IMG/VR virus record: IMGVR_UViG_3300040801_006072
Coordinates: 180 to 64,179 of that record
Direction: 5' to 3' (one strand)
Length of the DNA stretch: 64,000 nt
Origin: a virus
Part shown: piece by piece, positions 27,967 to 36,426 of the stretch
Numbering within the stretch: position 1 is the stretch's first letter
Layout of the letters: each line of letters opens with the position of its first letter
Notes under the pieces: model-generated
What the model was told of the DNA's origin: nothing
What the model saw: the letters and a program-made list of their open reading frames with translations, nothing else
Database searches by the model: none
Position numbers and translations under genes: made by a program

Positions 27967-30627
27967 TTATCCTCTCCACTTTAACCAGATAGTAATAACA
28001 GTGTCGTCTACAGGGCCGCCTGTTGCAGCACCACGTAGTCGAATTTTTTCACCTGCTGCTACATCGATGTTGTCAGTCACACTGCTGTACTCATTCTGTC
28101 CGTTAACCGCAGGGTTAAAAGAAATGAATCCTGCTGTGTTGAGCGCGCCGTCGATATATAGGTCAATGTCTTTCACGTTGTTATTGTCATCGGAAGTGTG
28201 CGCAGTAACTTTAACAATAGTTGCGTCTAGTGGAACAATATAACCACTTTCTGCGTCAACTGCTCCGCCAATTTGCACCCAATCATTGTTGCCAATTCTG
28301 TTCTCACTCCATGTAATTGCTGTTGTTTCAACACTTAGCACTTTGTTAGAGCGTGTTGTGTCAACAAGAGTAAGAACTTCTTGGCCGCCGATTGTGGTAA
28401 CTGCAAGACCGCTTGGTAGTCCCAAAATATCGGAAACGCCATCGGCAATTTCCTGACCAGTCATCTTTTGGTTAGCAGTTGCTGAATCGTTGTAAACTAG
28501 TACTTCATCTGCTGCTGTTAGGTTTTCACCAGCGGCTGCTTGACCAGTAATGTCGTGCCCGAGTGTTGGGTTACCAGCAACGCCGTCTGCGTTGTCAATA
28601 GTTAGACCAGCTTCAGCGCCGGCACCTTCGACCGCGATTGAAACATTACTGTAGTTTCCTGCTCCGTCGCCTACTAGTATGCCTGTTCCGCCTGCCACAC
28701 CATTAACAATCCCTAGATCGTCGACAACGTCTTGGAAACTGTATCGAACAGTGTTAGCACTTTCGCCGACAACAAGCTCGTCAGTTAAATCAACTGTGCC
28801 GGCGCCTGCTGTTAGGTCAGCAACACTTAGATCAAAGCTAACTGCTGCGGCTGCGCCTGCTGTAGCTGTCACAACAACACCGTCTCCAGTAAAGTTTACA
28901 GTGTCACTAGGGCTGTCTGCTGTAGCTGTTCCGGTGTCACCTACAATAACACCGAATGCGTTAGCTGCTCCTGCGTTAGCAATTTCACTTACGGTGTAGT
29001 ATTCGTTTGCACCAGAGGTTATGTTGTAAACTGCAAGTCTGTCGTTGCCGTCAACTGCATCACTACGTACAGGAAGGTTGTTAATGTCTAGACCGAGTGT
29101 TGGGTTACCAGCAGTACCATCTGCATTTGCAACAACCAAGCCGTCAAGTGCGCCAGTGCCGTCAACAGCAATACTTACTGTAGAATAAGTTCCGGCGTTG
29201 TTAATGATTAGTCCATCAGTTGTTACACCGTTAACAACATTAAGGTCAGATAGGAAGTCTGCAACAGTGGTGTTGCGAGTTGTATTCGAATCTGAAACAT
29301 CATTGAATGCAATCTCGTCAGTGGTAGCGATTGTCGCTGCTGTAAGGTTATCAATATCAAGACTGAATTCGCTACCTGTCAGAGCAAGACCAGGACCTGC
29401 TGTAAATGAGCTGCTTTCGCTGAATTGTACCCAAACAATCGGATCTGTGTTCAGCGTTAGGACACCATCGCCCTGTACTACCCATCCAGTTGCTGCCCAC
29501 TGCGTTCCATTCTCAACAAACGTGTAATTGCCGCCAGACACTTCGCTTGCTGGCGACCCATCTTGATCGGGTGCACGCTCGATCGCTCCGGCTGCGCCTG
29601 CTGTTGTTACAACATAGATTCCGTTCTGTAAATTGTCTGTTTGATCTTTAACAAGAATGCGGTCGCCGACCTGGAAACCACCAACTGCTGTTGGTACACC
29701 ATCGAATATAGCATCAGATGTTAGATCGACGCCAGTGAAAGATCCTGTTCCGCCTGTTCCGCCTACAGCACTATATGTGCCTCCGATGTCGCTTACTGTA
29801 GCACCACGCACAGATTCTTTTGGATCAAGGCCGCTTGCAACGCTATCGACGTATTCTTTGTTTGTTGCGTCTGTCGGATTAACCGGTGCGTCAACAATTG
29901 TTAAATCCGCTCCGGAAGAAACGGTAATACTTGCACCACTTGCAACATTAAGTGTGCCGCTATCTAGTGTGTCGCCCGTGTTGCGCAGGAAGACATCGTC
30001 AACATCAACCTGCATTGTACCGGCACCATCATTATATACAAAGGTGGTGTCTGTACCGTTTTGGAATGCGCCGCCGATTATATCTTCTACAGCTTCAATT
30101 ACATCTGCGTCAGCTGTAAAATCAACAACATCTAAGTTTGTGCCATCTCCCTTAAAGATGTAAGGAACACCATTTGTTTTAGCAGACGCATCATCAACGT
30201 CGCTCAGGTCGCCCAGTGCAATATCGGAAGCTAGTACACTTGGTGTAACTGGCTGGAAAGATCCGCCACTAAACTGTAGTACGTCGTTTGGACCCGGTGT
30301 GCCAGTAACGTCATCTAGGTCACTGATTACTGCGCCGCGAATACCAAAGTGCACATCGTTAGCTGCTTGTAGTGCTCTTAAACTATCTACAGCATTAAGG
30401 TTGCCTACTGCACCGTCTCTCGGATCTTCGACTACTAATTCCGGAACCGTAAATGGTGCTGTACCGTTAATTGCTGCTTCTAGGTCACCGCCTGAAGCAG
30501 AAAGAAAAATGTCGTTTGCTTGCTCATCAGTTAGATCGTAGACTGTGCCAATTACACCCGAAATGGTAATACCCAGGTCATTGATTTCTACTGCACTATT
30601 GGTGAGCTTTACTAATCTAATGCCCAT
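27967..30627 (-). CDS. fibre/decoration-like virion protein
   Basis: GLDPKESVRGAT...GDRILVKDQTDNLQNGIYVV module; duplicated SIAV(D/E)G...ADG(T/V)AGNPTLG repeat. Confidence 0.7.
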   Translation of the reverse strand: MGIRLVKLTNSAVEINDLGITISGVIGTVYDLTDEQANDIFLSASGGDLEAAINGTAPFTVPELVVEDPRDGAVGNLNAVDSLRALQAANDVHFGIRGAVISDLDDVTGTPGPNDVLQFSGGSFQPVTPSVLASDIALGDLSDVDDASAKTNGVPYIFKGDGTNLDVVDFTADADVIEAVEDIIGGAFQNGTDTTFVYNDGAGTMQVDVDDVFLRNTGDTLDSGTLNVASGASITVSSGADLTIVDAPVNPTDATNKEYVDSVASGLDPKESVRGATVSDIGGTYSAVGGTGGTGSFTGVDLTSDAIFDGVPTAVGGFQVGDRILVKDQTDNLQNGIYVVTTAGAAGAIERAPDQDGSPASEVSGGNYTFVENGTQWAATGWVVQGDGVLTLNTDPIVWVQFSESSSFTAGPGLALTGSEFSLDIDNLTAATIATTDEIAFNDVSDSNTTRNTTVADFLSDLNVVNGVTTDGLIINNAGTYSTVSIAVDGTGALDGLVVANADGTAGNPTLGLDINNLPVRSDAVDGNDRLAVYNITSGANEYYTVSEIANAGAANAFGVIVGDTGTATADSPSDTVNFTGDGVVVTATAGAAAAVSFDLSVADLTAGAGTVDLTDELVVGESANTVRYSFQDVVDDLGIVNGVAGGTGILVGDGAGNYSNVSIAVEGAGAEAGLTIDNADGVAGNPTLGHDITGQAAAGENLTAADEVLVYNDSATANQKMTGQEIADGVSDILGLPSGLAVTTIGGQEVLTLVDTTRSNKVLSVETTAITWSENRIGNNDWVQIGGAVDAESGYIVPLDATIVKVTAHTSDDNNNVKDIDLYIDGALNTAGFISFNPAVNGQNEYSSVTDNIDVAAGEKIRLRGAATGGPVDDTVITIWLKWRG

Positions 30628-30641
30628 CTTTTAATCTCCTG

Positions 30642-31673
30642 TTATGCCCGCCATTTGAACGTGAGTTTTATGACGGTGTCATCTATTCTGCCCGGAGTCC
30701 CATCCTGGGCACGAAGTCTAATTATATCGCCCTGATTAAAGTTGATATCTATCGTCGTATTTATAAACGTACTGTTAACATTGCCTGTCAGTGTGCCAAT
30801 ATTGCCGGTGTCTAAGCCGTTTATATACAAGTGTATGTCTTTGTCATTGTTGTTTACATTTGCACAATGACCGGTGGCATGAGTAATAGTTCCGTCGAAT
30901 TCTGCAACGTAGCCGCTCAAGGCATCACGGCTATTTCCTATTCTAATCCACTCTAAATTCCTTAGCACATTATCTGTGTATACTACAGAATTTTCTGCTA
31001 TAGAAAGTGTTTTACTTCTTACTGTATCTTCAAATACAGGTGTTTCTTGACCATTAATAATTGCTGTTTGTAGAGGAGTTGCATCTGTGAACTCTAATGC
31101 AGTTTCTCCTGCATTTACAATCGGTACTCGGCCAGCTTGTCCTATGTAAGTAGACGGAGTATCGGTTAACGCAATAAAGGTACTCGATCCTCCGCCTGTG
31201 TCTGGGATAAAAATAATCCCGTCTTCTGTCGGATTAACAACTAATTTGTGATTTGCAAATCCGGTATAATCTGCAGGTGTGTCTGAAAGACCTAAGAAAT
31301 CACTTGCTCCTGGTGTTCCAGATCCTATTAGATCATAAAAAACTTCTTCAACTACTACACCAGAAACGTCAACTCCATCGACGCCAATGGTGCCTAGTGC
31401 ATTAATGACAACTTCCATTTCGGCTGCTGTCCAGTCTGCTCTGTTTGTCTCGAGTGCCAGAGAAATACCCAAACAGTTTGTGATTGGGTTCATAATTACA
31501 AGAGTTGCCTTTTGTGACAACTCTGTAAAAATGATTTCGGCGGCCGAATTATGAATCGGTTGTCCAGTGCCGTCTATTGCACCAGAGAAATCTGCGCCAA
31601 CAATACGAAAGTGGCGCAGCGATCCTGTGAGTACCTGATCTCGAAAGACGCCGCCGTTAGTCCTTTCCGGCAT
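30642..31673 (-). CDS. virion structural protein; C-terminal domain shared with 27967-30627
   Basis: N-terminus MPERTNGG; C-terminus DDTVIKLTFKWRA versus DDTVITIWLKWRG. Confidence 0.7.
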   Translation of the reverse strand: MPERTNGGVFRDQVLTGSLRHFRIVGADFSGAIDGTGQPIHNSAAEIIFTELSQKATLVIMNPITNCLGISLALETNRADWTAAEMEVVINALGTIGVDGVDVSGVVVEEVFYDLIGSGTPGASDFLGLSDTPADYTGFANHKLVVNPTEDGIIFIPDTGGGSSTFIALTDTPSTYIGQAGRVPIVNAGETALEFTDATPLQTAIINGQETPVFEDTVRSKTLSIAENSVVYTDNVLRNLEWIRIGNSRDALSGYVAEFDGTITHATGHCANVNNNDKDIHLYINGLDTGNIGTLTGNVNSTFINTTIDINFNQGDIIRLRAQDGTPGRIDDTVIKLTFKWRA

Positions 31674-31684
31674 CGGCTACTCCC

Positions 31685-32185
31685 TTAGGCTAGTTCGAAA
31701 GGAACTTCCGTAATAACAACCGTAGTCGAAACATTAGCTGTTGCAGGCGCTACTGTATTATCACCAACTGCGCCGCCACTTGTGGTTGGAACATCAACGG
31801 TTGCGCCAAGTGTTGCCACTGCTGCAATCATTGCAGCAACATCTACATCGCCGTTCATATCAATCCAACCAAATGCAGAACCTTCACAAGAAAAATGTAT
31901 TTCAGTTTCTGCGCCAGGTGCGCCAATCACACCAATTTCAGTGATTGAACATCTTTCTGAAATTTGACGAAGTGCTAGATCTGCTAATGAACCAGGCACA
32001 GGGCGGTCCTCACCGACTAGCGGATAGCTAGTAACCGGAGTAGCGCCTTGAGCAACACCGTTTTGCAGAGTGACAGTACCGTCACTCACAGTGTAAGCAA
32101 AAGCACCTGTCATTTTGAAATATAGTAATTTGCCAGCCAGCATCTGGTCTGTGATGATGCCGCCGTTAACTCTAGGTGTAGGCAT
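31685..32185 (-). CDS. virion structural protein, RVNGG family
   Basis: MPTPRVNGGIITDQMLAG; GGAG RBS. Confidence 0.7.
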   Translation of the reverse strand: MPTPRVNGGIITDQMLAGKLLYFKMTGAFAYTVSDGTVTLQNGVAQGATPVTSYPLVGEDRPVPGSLADLALRQISERCSITEIGVIGAPGAETEIHFSCEGSAFGWIDMNGDVDVAAMIAAVATLGATVDVPTTSGGAVGDNTVAPATANVSTTVVITEVPFELA

Positions 32186-32260
32186 TGTTATTCTCCATAG
32201 AATGCGTAATTTCTATTATTTATCTAATTTTGCAGTTCCATGGTTATAGAAATTTTAGTC

Positions 32261-32289
32261 AAAAAAAAGCAGCCCGGAGGCTGCTTTTT
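32261..32289 (-). terminator. intrinsic terminator, probably bidirectional
   Basis: GCAGCC-TCCG-GGCTGC stem-loop followed by T8 on the minus strand. Confidence 0.85.
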
Positions 32290-32310
32290 GTATTTGTATT
32301 AAGAACTGAA

Positions 32311-32760
32311 TTAGCTCTTGTTCTCTGGACCAAAGCGGTCTGCTGTCCAGTATTCGCCACTTCCTTCTGGGAACTCAATAAGGTCGCCTGTTGGGTAAGC
32401 GTCTAGTCCGCTGAATGCAGCGTAAACAATAGTGTTTAGGTCTGCACTGAAAGCTGCGCCAGTGTCGTCGAAGCCGTCTAGTGTTACAGGTGCAGGTAGA
32501 ATACCTGTAGTACCGTCGTCACTTGGCCAGCCTTGGCTAGAACCAAATAGTACGTCAACCTGTGTACCACCGTTATAAAGAGGACCTACTGCAATAACAG
32601 TTCCTCTCTGCTGAATTAGTTCCATTGCTTTAACTAGAACCGAATCAGTTACGTCAAACGCAGAAGTTGTAACATCAGCAGAAAAAGTTAGAGTGATAAA
32701 GTCAACTTTACGCTCTGCCCAAAAACCTTTTTGTACGCCACCATTTACTTTAGCAGTCAT
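32311..32760 (-). CDS. virion structural protein, KVNGG family
   Basis: MTAKVNGG; GGAG RBS; followed by a terminator. Confidence 0.7.
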   Translation of the reverse strand: MTAKVNGGVQKGFWAERKVDFITLTFSADVTTSAFDVTDSVLVKAMELIQQRGTVIAVGPLYNGGTQVDVLFGSSQGWPSDDGTTGILPAPVTLDGFDDTGAAFSADLNTIVYAAFSGLDAYPTGDLIEFPEGSGEYWTADRFGPENKS

Positions 32761-32833
32761 GATAGTATCTCCATAAATATATTAATTCTTTTCACAAGCG
32801 CCAATCGCTTGCTGTTAACTTTATTTATCTTTT

Positions 32834-33145
32834 TTAGGAATTTTCTCGATCTTTGCGCATCATTGTGACTCTGCGCTTCATCTGGGGAGTTTGAAGTTCT
32901 TTTCGTGCATCTTGTGCAGCAGAAATAAATTTGTTAAGGTTAGAATTGATCATTTGATGGTCAACATAGTCAATGTCGCCCTCTGCTGCTCGTTCGCTCA
33001 TGTCTTGCAACAGTTTAGAAATTCTAGCATCAATTTGACTAAGGGTGAGTCTACCATAGCCGTGAATTAACACTTCCGGATCTTGAGGATCGAAATTTCT
33101 CTTATCGTATATTTCACCTGATTCTCTAAGATCCCGAATTCTCAC
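32834..33145 (-). CDS. hypothetical protein (MRIRDL N-terminus)
   Basis: 103-aa ORF, GTG start. Confidence 0.65.
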   Translation of the reverse strand: MRIRDLRESGEIYDKRNFDPQDPEVLIHGYGRLTLSQIDARISKLLQDMSERAAEGDIDYVDHQMINSNLNKFISAAQDARKELQTPQMKRRVTMMRKDRENS

Positions 33146-33149
33146 TGCC

Positions 33150-33527
33150 CTATCCTCTCGGAAGAGTATCCATCTCGTTCCAGTAGTCCATCGGATCTTG
33201 ATATCCGTTCTTTCGTGCTGCTGCGTTTAGCTTGTCCATATCGAAATCTCGATACTTTCTAAACAGCATATCAATCGGATCGCCATCTGGATACACCTGA
33301 CCTACCATATCGGTAAAGATTCTCCAGTACTTGTCTAGTAGCTCACCTTGATCGGGTTTGTCTTTTGAAGGCGGAACAGTTGCTTTCCATGCTGCAATAC
33401 CTTCTGCATCTCCCGGACGAAAACGCTTGGTCTTACCAGTAATAGGATGAGTTGCAACTACGCGGCCTGGTGCCTCTTCCAGGTCTTCGTTATTTACTGC
33501 TGATTCTGTGATCTCATAAAGTCTCAT
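33150..33527 (-). CDS. hypothetical protein (MRLYEI N-terminus)
   Basis: 125-aa ORF ending TAG. Confidence 0.65.
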   Translation of the reverse strand: MRLYEITESAVNNEDLEEAPGRVVATHPITGKTKRFRPGDAEGIAAWKATVPPSKDKPDQGELLDKYWRIFTDMVGQVYPDGDPIDMLFRKYRDFDMDKLNAAARKNGYQDPMDYWNEMDTLPRG

Positions 33528-33949
33528 TATCCACCTACAAATTTTTGTCCGTCAAGATAGTCTTCTGGTCCGTCTTTCATTGTGGCATACTTGCCTGACT
33601 TGGTTCCTGCGATCTCTTTCTCTTTAACAGTATCGATGTCTTCTAGATCATAATCAATTATTCCTGCTTTCTTGGCATTTTGGAATACTTGCTGTACTAA
33701 AGGATCTTGACGATGATGCTTATCTTTAAGCAAATACCGACGAAGATCATCTAATTGCCATGATACGATTCCCTCATAGTGTTCTGCTTCGTCATAATCA
33801 ACAACGTCTTCGTCGCCTTGTCCAGCGTGACCCGCTCTAAGCCAAAGACTGTCTACATGATCAATTGCTTTAATAAGATCGCTGAGCTCCATTGCAGACC
33901 AGTTGTGTGTATTCTCAGTTACGCTTTCTGTAATTTCTTTAACTTTCAT
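33527..33949 (-). CDS. hypothetical protein (MKVKEI N-terminus)
   Basis: Start reassigned to the ATG at 33949, overlapping the previous gene. Confidence 0.65.
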   Translation of the reverse strand: MKVKEITESVTENTHNWSAMELSDLIKAIDHVDSLWLRAGHAGQGDEDVVDYDEAEHYEGIVSWQLDDLRRYLLKDKHHRQDPLVQQVFQNAKKAGIIDYDLEDIDTVKEKEIAGTKSGKYATMKDGPEDYLDGQKFVGG

Positions 33950-34823
33950 CTTGCATATATTTAGCAATTTCTGAGGGGTACTCAAAATTGCCACCCTTTA
34001 CTTTTGTCTCTTGGAAATTTTTAGCCATCTCTTTAAAAATTGCTTCTTGTTCCTTTTCGCCGAACGACTTTTTAACTGCTGCTACAATTGATTCGACCGA
34101 ATTCAACGACTCTTTCCCCGCCTGCCCTTTAAATAGTGTTTTTGCAATTTTGTCAGCATCACGAAGGGGCTCAGTGAGCACAACTTCTTCTTGCTTTTTG
34201 ATGGTTTGCCCTGTACGACTATTTATGCGACTTTTTCGATGAACTTTCACTAGTCCGTCTTTCGGAGACCATTTCCATCGAATAACTTCCTGTGGTCTTC
34301 CGAAATCGTCGAGCTCGGAAGTTGCATCTCTATCCAGGTGAGCAGCGACTGCGCAAAGAGCTACATTACGGTGTGCTCCTTTCAGTTTTGATTCCCCTTC
34401 GCCTGGCGAATGGCGATACACCTTAAGCCAATCCTTTTCGCCGAACATGAAGTCAACCTGTACATACCCTGTTCTGGGATGTCGTTGATCGTTATCGGGA
34501 TTGTAATTTTGAATAGGCGCATTAATTGACAACAATTGCCCTTGCCGTCTAACAGAATCAGACCCGAACACACTTTGCAGTTTGTTATGAAATGCTTCAA
34601 GTGCCTCGGGCTGTAACGGATCTACTACAACATCGATATCACCAGAATACTCTTTCTTGCCTACCGATCCTAATACTCGGTTATCAAGGTCTTTAATCCC
34701 GGTAATCTTTTGTAGATATTTGAGAGTGGGTTCGATTTCACTCCGATGTATTACACCGGAGTTGTCGAACATGTTGCCTCCCTCGTTAATTACAGGAGAG
34801 GACTTGATTTCGCTGAGGCGCAT
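33939..34823 (-). CDS. putative Pol-beta-superfamily nucleotidyltransferase (MRLSEI N-terminus)
   Basis: LGSVGKKEYSGDIDVVV (GS...DxD) plus a downstream VQVDFM third acidic residue. Confidence 0.7.
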   Translation of the reverse strand: MRLSEIKSSPVINEGGNMFDNSGVIHRSEIEPTLKYLQKITGIKDLDNRVLGSVGKKEYSGDIDVVVDPLQPEALEAFHNKLQSVFGSDSVRRQGQLLSINAPIQNYNPDNDQRHPRTGYVQVDFMFGEKDWLKVYRHSPGEGESKLKGAHRNVALCAVAAHLDRDATSELDDFGRPQEVIRWKWSPKDGLVKVHRKSRINSRTGQTIKKQEEVVLTEPLRDADKIAKTLFKGQAGKESLNSVESIVAAVKKSFGEKEQEAIFKEMAKNFQETKVKGGNFEYPSEIAKYMQDES

Positions 34824-34825
34824 GT

Positions 34826-35050
34826 TTAAAGGTCTATGTCGAAATCTTTAATGATAGACTTGTAATTGCCCACAAGCTTGTCTTGCTTCGACCACATCGC
34901 TTCGATTTGCTTGAGGGCCTGGGTTGCACGACGATCTCCGACTTGCTGTTTTTTCAAGTCTGATATAATCTTGCGGTATTGACGAGCTGTTAGTTTAAGA
35001 TCATCCTCGATGTTCTCGTCAACTGGTTTTTTAATTTCACTCAGACGCAC
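34826..35050 (-). CDS. small hypothetical protein (MRLSEI N-terminus)
   Basis: 74-aa ORF. Confidence 0.6.
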   Translation of the reverse strand: MRLSEIKKPVDENIEDDLKLTARQYRKIISDLKKQQVGDRRATQALKQIEAMWSKQDKLVGNYKSIIKDFDIDL

Positions 35051-35054
35051 AGTA

Positions 35055-35519
35055 TTACCATTTACGACACGACCAGTATCTGGCCTTGTGCTTCGGTCCC
35101 GGATTATCGCAGTTATGTCTAGCTCTGAAACTTTTTCTTGCTTTAGGATTAGACTTTTTAATCTTCATGTCTGGATCACCAAAGTTTACCTTAACAACAT
35201 TGCCTTTGGGATTCTTCACATAAACTTTAAATTTTTTAACATCGCCTCGCATTGGCTTGTTTAGTTTAACTTTGCGTCCTTGATACTCTGCTTCGCCCAA
35301 CGATGACTCAACCTCCTCGTCTAGCAAGTCAGATTCGAAAAATACTTCCTCGACTTCTTCTAAGGTAATTTCGTCTAGTTCGTAGCCTTCTGGGACACAG
35401 TTAGGAACCTTTTTTCCGTTCTTTGTTTTGTGTCCGACCATTTGATAGCCTTTCCAGCAAGGGTCGCCGCCTTTAATTCTTTTATTTTCACCTTCATTTA
35501 AAATATCAGAAAGTCTCAT
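35055..35519 (-). CDS. conserved phage protein with PCWKGY and FRARHNC motifs (MRLSDI N-terminus)
   Basis: DPCWKGYQMVG...VPNCVP and KSFRARHNC...ARYWSCRKW, motifs I recall from T4-like/cyanophage proteins. Confidence 0.75.
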   Translation of the reverse strand: MRLSDILNEGENKRIKGGDPCWKGYQMVGHKTKNGKKVPNCVPEGYELDEITLEEVEEVFFESDLLDEEVESSLGEAEYQGRKVKLNKPMRGDVKKFKVYVKNPKGNVVKVNFGDPDMKIKKSNPKARKSFRARHNCDNPGPKHKARYWSCRKW

Positions 35520-35799
35520 CTGGATTTTCCCCTACGCACTGATTATGCTTTTCCTGCGCTTTATATTCCAATGAAGTTCTTGCGCTATCTAGATAATCTT
35601 TTGCCAGTGTAATTTTTGATTGAACCTAGCCCTCTAGACCCTCACTTTCGGGAATATCTTTAATAAGGTCATGCAAAAACTTGCTGTCTTGCTGTATGCG
35701 ATGCAAGGCAGCTTTGGCCATATGCACTTCATGATCGTCCTTTTGGTTATAAGGATTATCAATTGCCTTCTGCGGAATCTGGATTTCGTCTAATTTCAT
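35506..35799 (-). CDS. 97-aa protein with an in-frame TAG at codon 58 (readthrough candidate); missed by the ORF track
   Basis: Manual translation: MKLDEIQIPQKAIDNPYNQKDDHEVHMAKAALHRIQQDSKFLHDLIKDIPESEGLEG*VQSKITLAKDYLDSARTSLEYKAQEKHNQCVGENPDETF. It fills the 35520-35811 gap exactly and overlaps the next start. Confidence 0.8.
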
Positions 35800-35811
35800 A
35801 CTGGTATTTAT

Positions 35812-36426
35812 CTATTGTATCTTATCTATCACCAGTCGGTTGACCCAACCTCGAATAAACCTTTCCTGTGTGCTGTCTTCTTCGGCTCTTCCTACGTAAA
35901 ATGAGCCGCGCAATATAAGCAATAGCTTGAGCACGTAAATATCGCTCTCTACGCTAAGACACTTGGTTAGTGCCATAGCAGTACGTGTTCCTGCCCAGCC
36001 GTCGACTTTGAGATCTTCGAACAGTGCTTGATCACGATTCAGCATGTTTAGCGTCCTTTGCAGGAATTCTGCTGCTCGCTTCACACCCATGTTAACAGAA
36101 CAATCGAACATTTCTGCTGCAATTTCTTTAGATTTGCTGCTCACACTGTCTAGGTTTAACTGACTGTGGTTCCAGAAGTTCTCGTAATAAAAGTGTTTAA
36201 CCCAATAATTAAGTTCTTCGTCGGCATACAAGCATTCAGGAAAATCTTCTTGCTCCTTTAGTTCGTCTACAACTTTCCAGCCAGGCCAATTAGGCCAATA
36301 AACTCTGCTCACACCCTTATATGTTTCTCCGCCATAGTCAGAAGGATCATCTACATAGCCTCCTTCGGCACTGCGAGTGAAAGCATAAGCCTCTAAAAAT
36401 ACTTCAGGTATAGCTACGTCTGTCAT
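35812..36426 (-). CDS. glycoside hydrolase family 108 lysozyme with peptidoglycan-binding C-terminus
   Basis: EGGYVDDPSDYGGETYKGVS, MFDCSVNMG, LQRTLN and FIRGWVNR. Confidence 0.92.
   Translation of the reverse strand: MTDVAIPEVFLEAYAFTRSAEGGYVDDPSDYGGETYKGVSRVYWPNWPGWKVVDELKEQEDFPECLYADEELNYWVKHFYYENFWNHSQLNLDSVSSKSKEIAAEMFDCSVNMGVKRAAEFLQRTLNMLNRDQALFEDLKVDGWAGTRTAMALTKCLSVESDIYVLKLLLILRGSFYVGRAEEDSTQERFIRGWVNRLVIDKIQ

Noticed and set aside
32185-32406. ORF 32185..32406 and similar short intergenic/overlapping minus ORFs (34382..34600, 38042..38305, 44234..44464, 47251..47499, 60107..60307)
   Set aside because: They span a terminator or lie in alternate frames of established genes.
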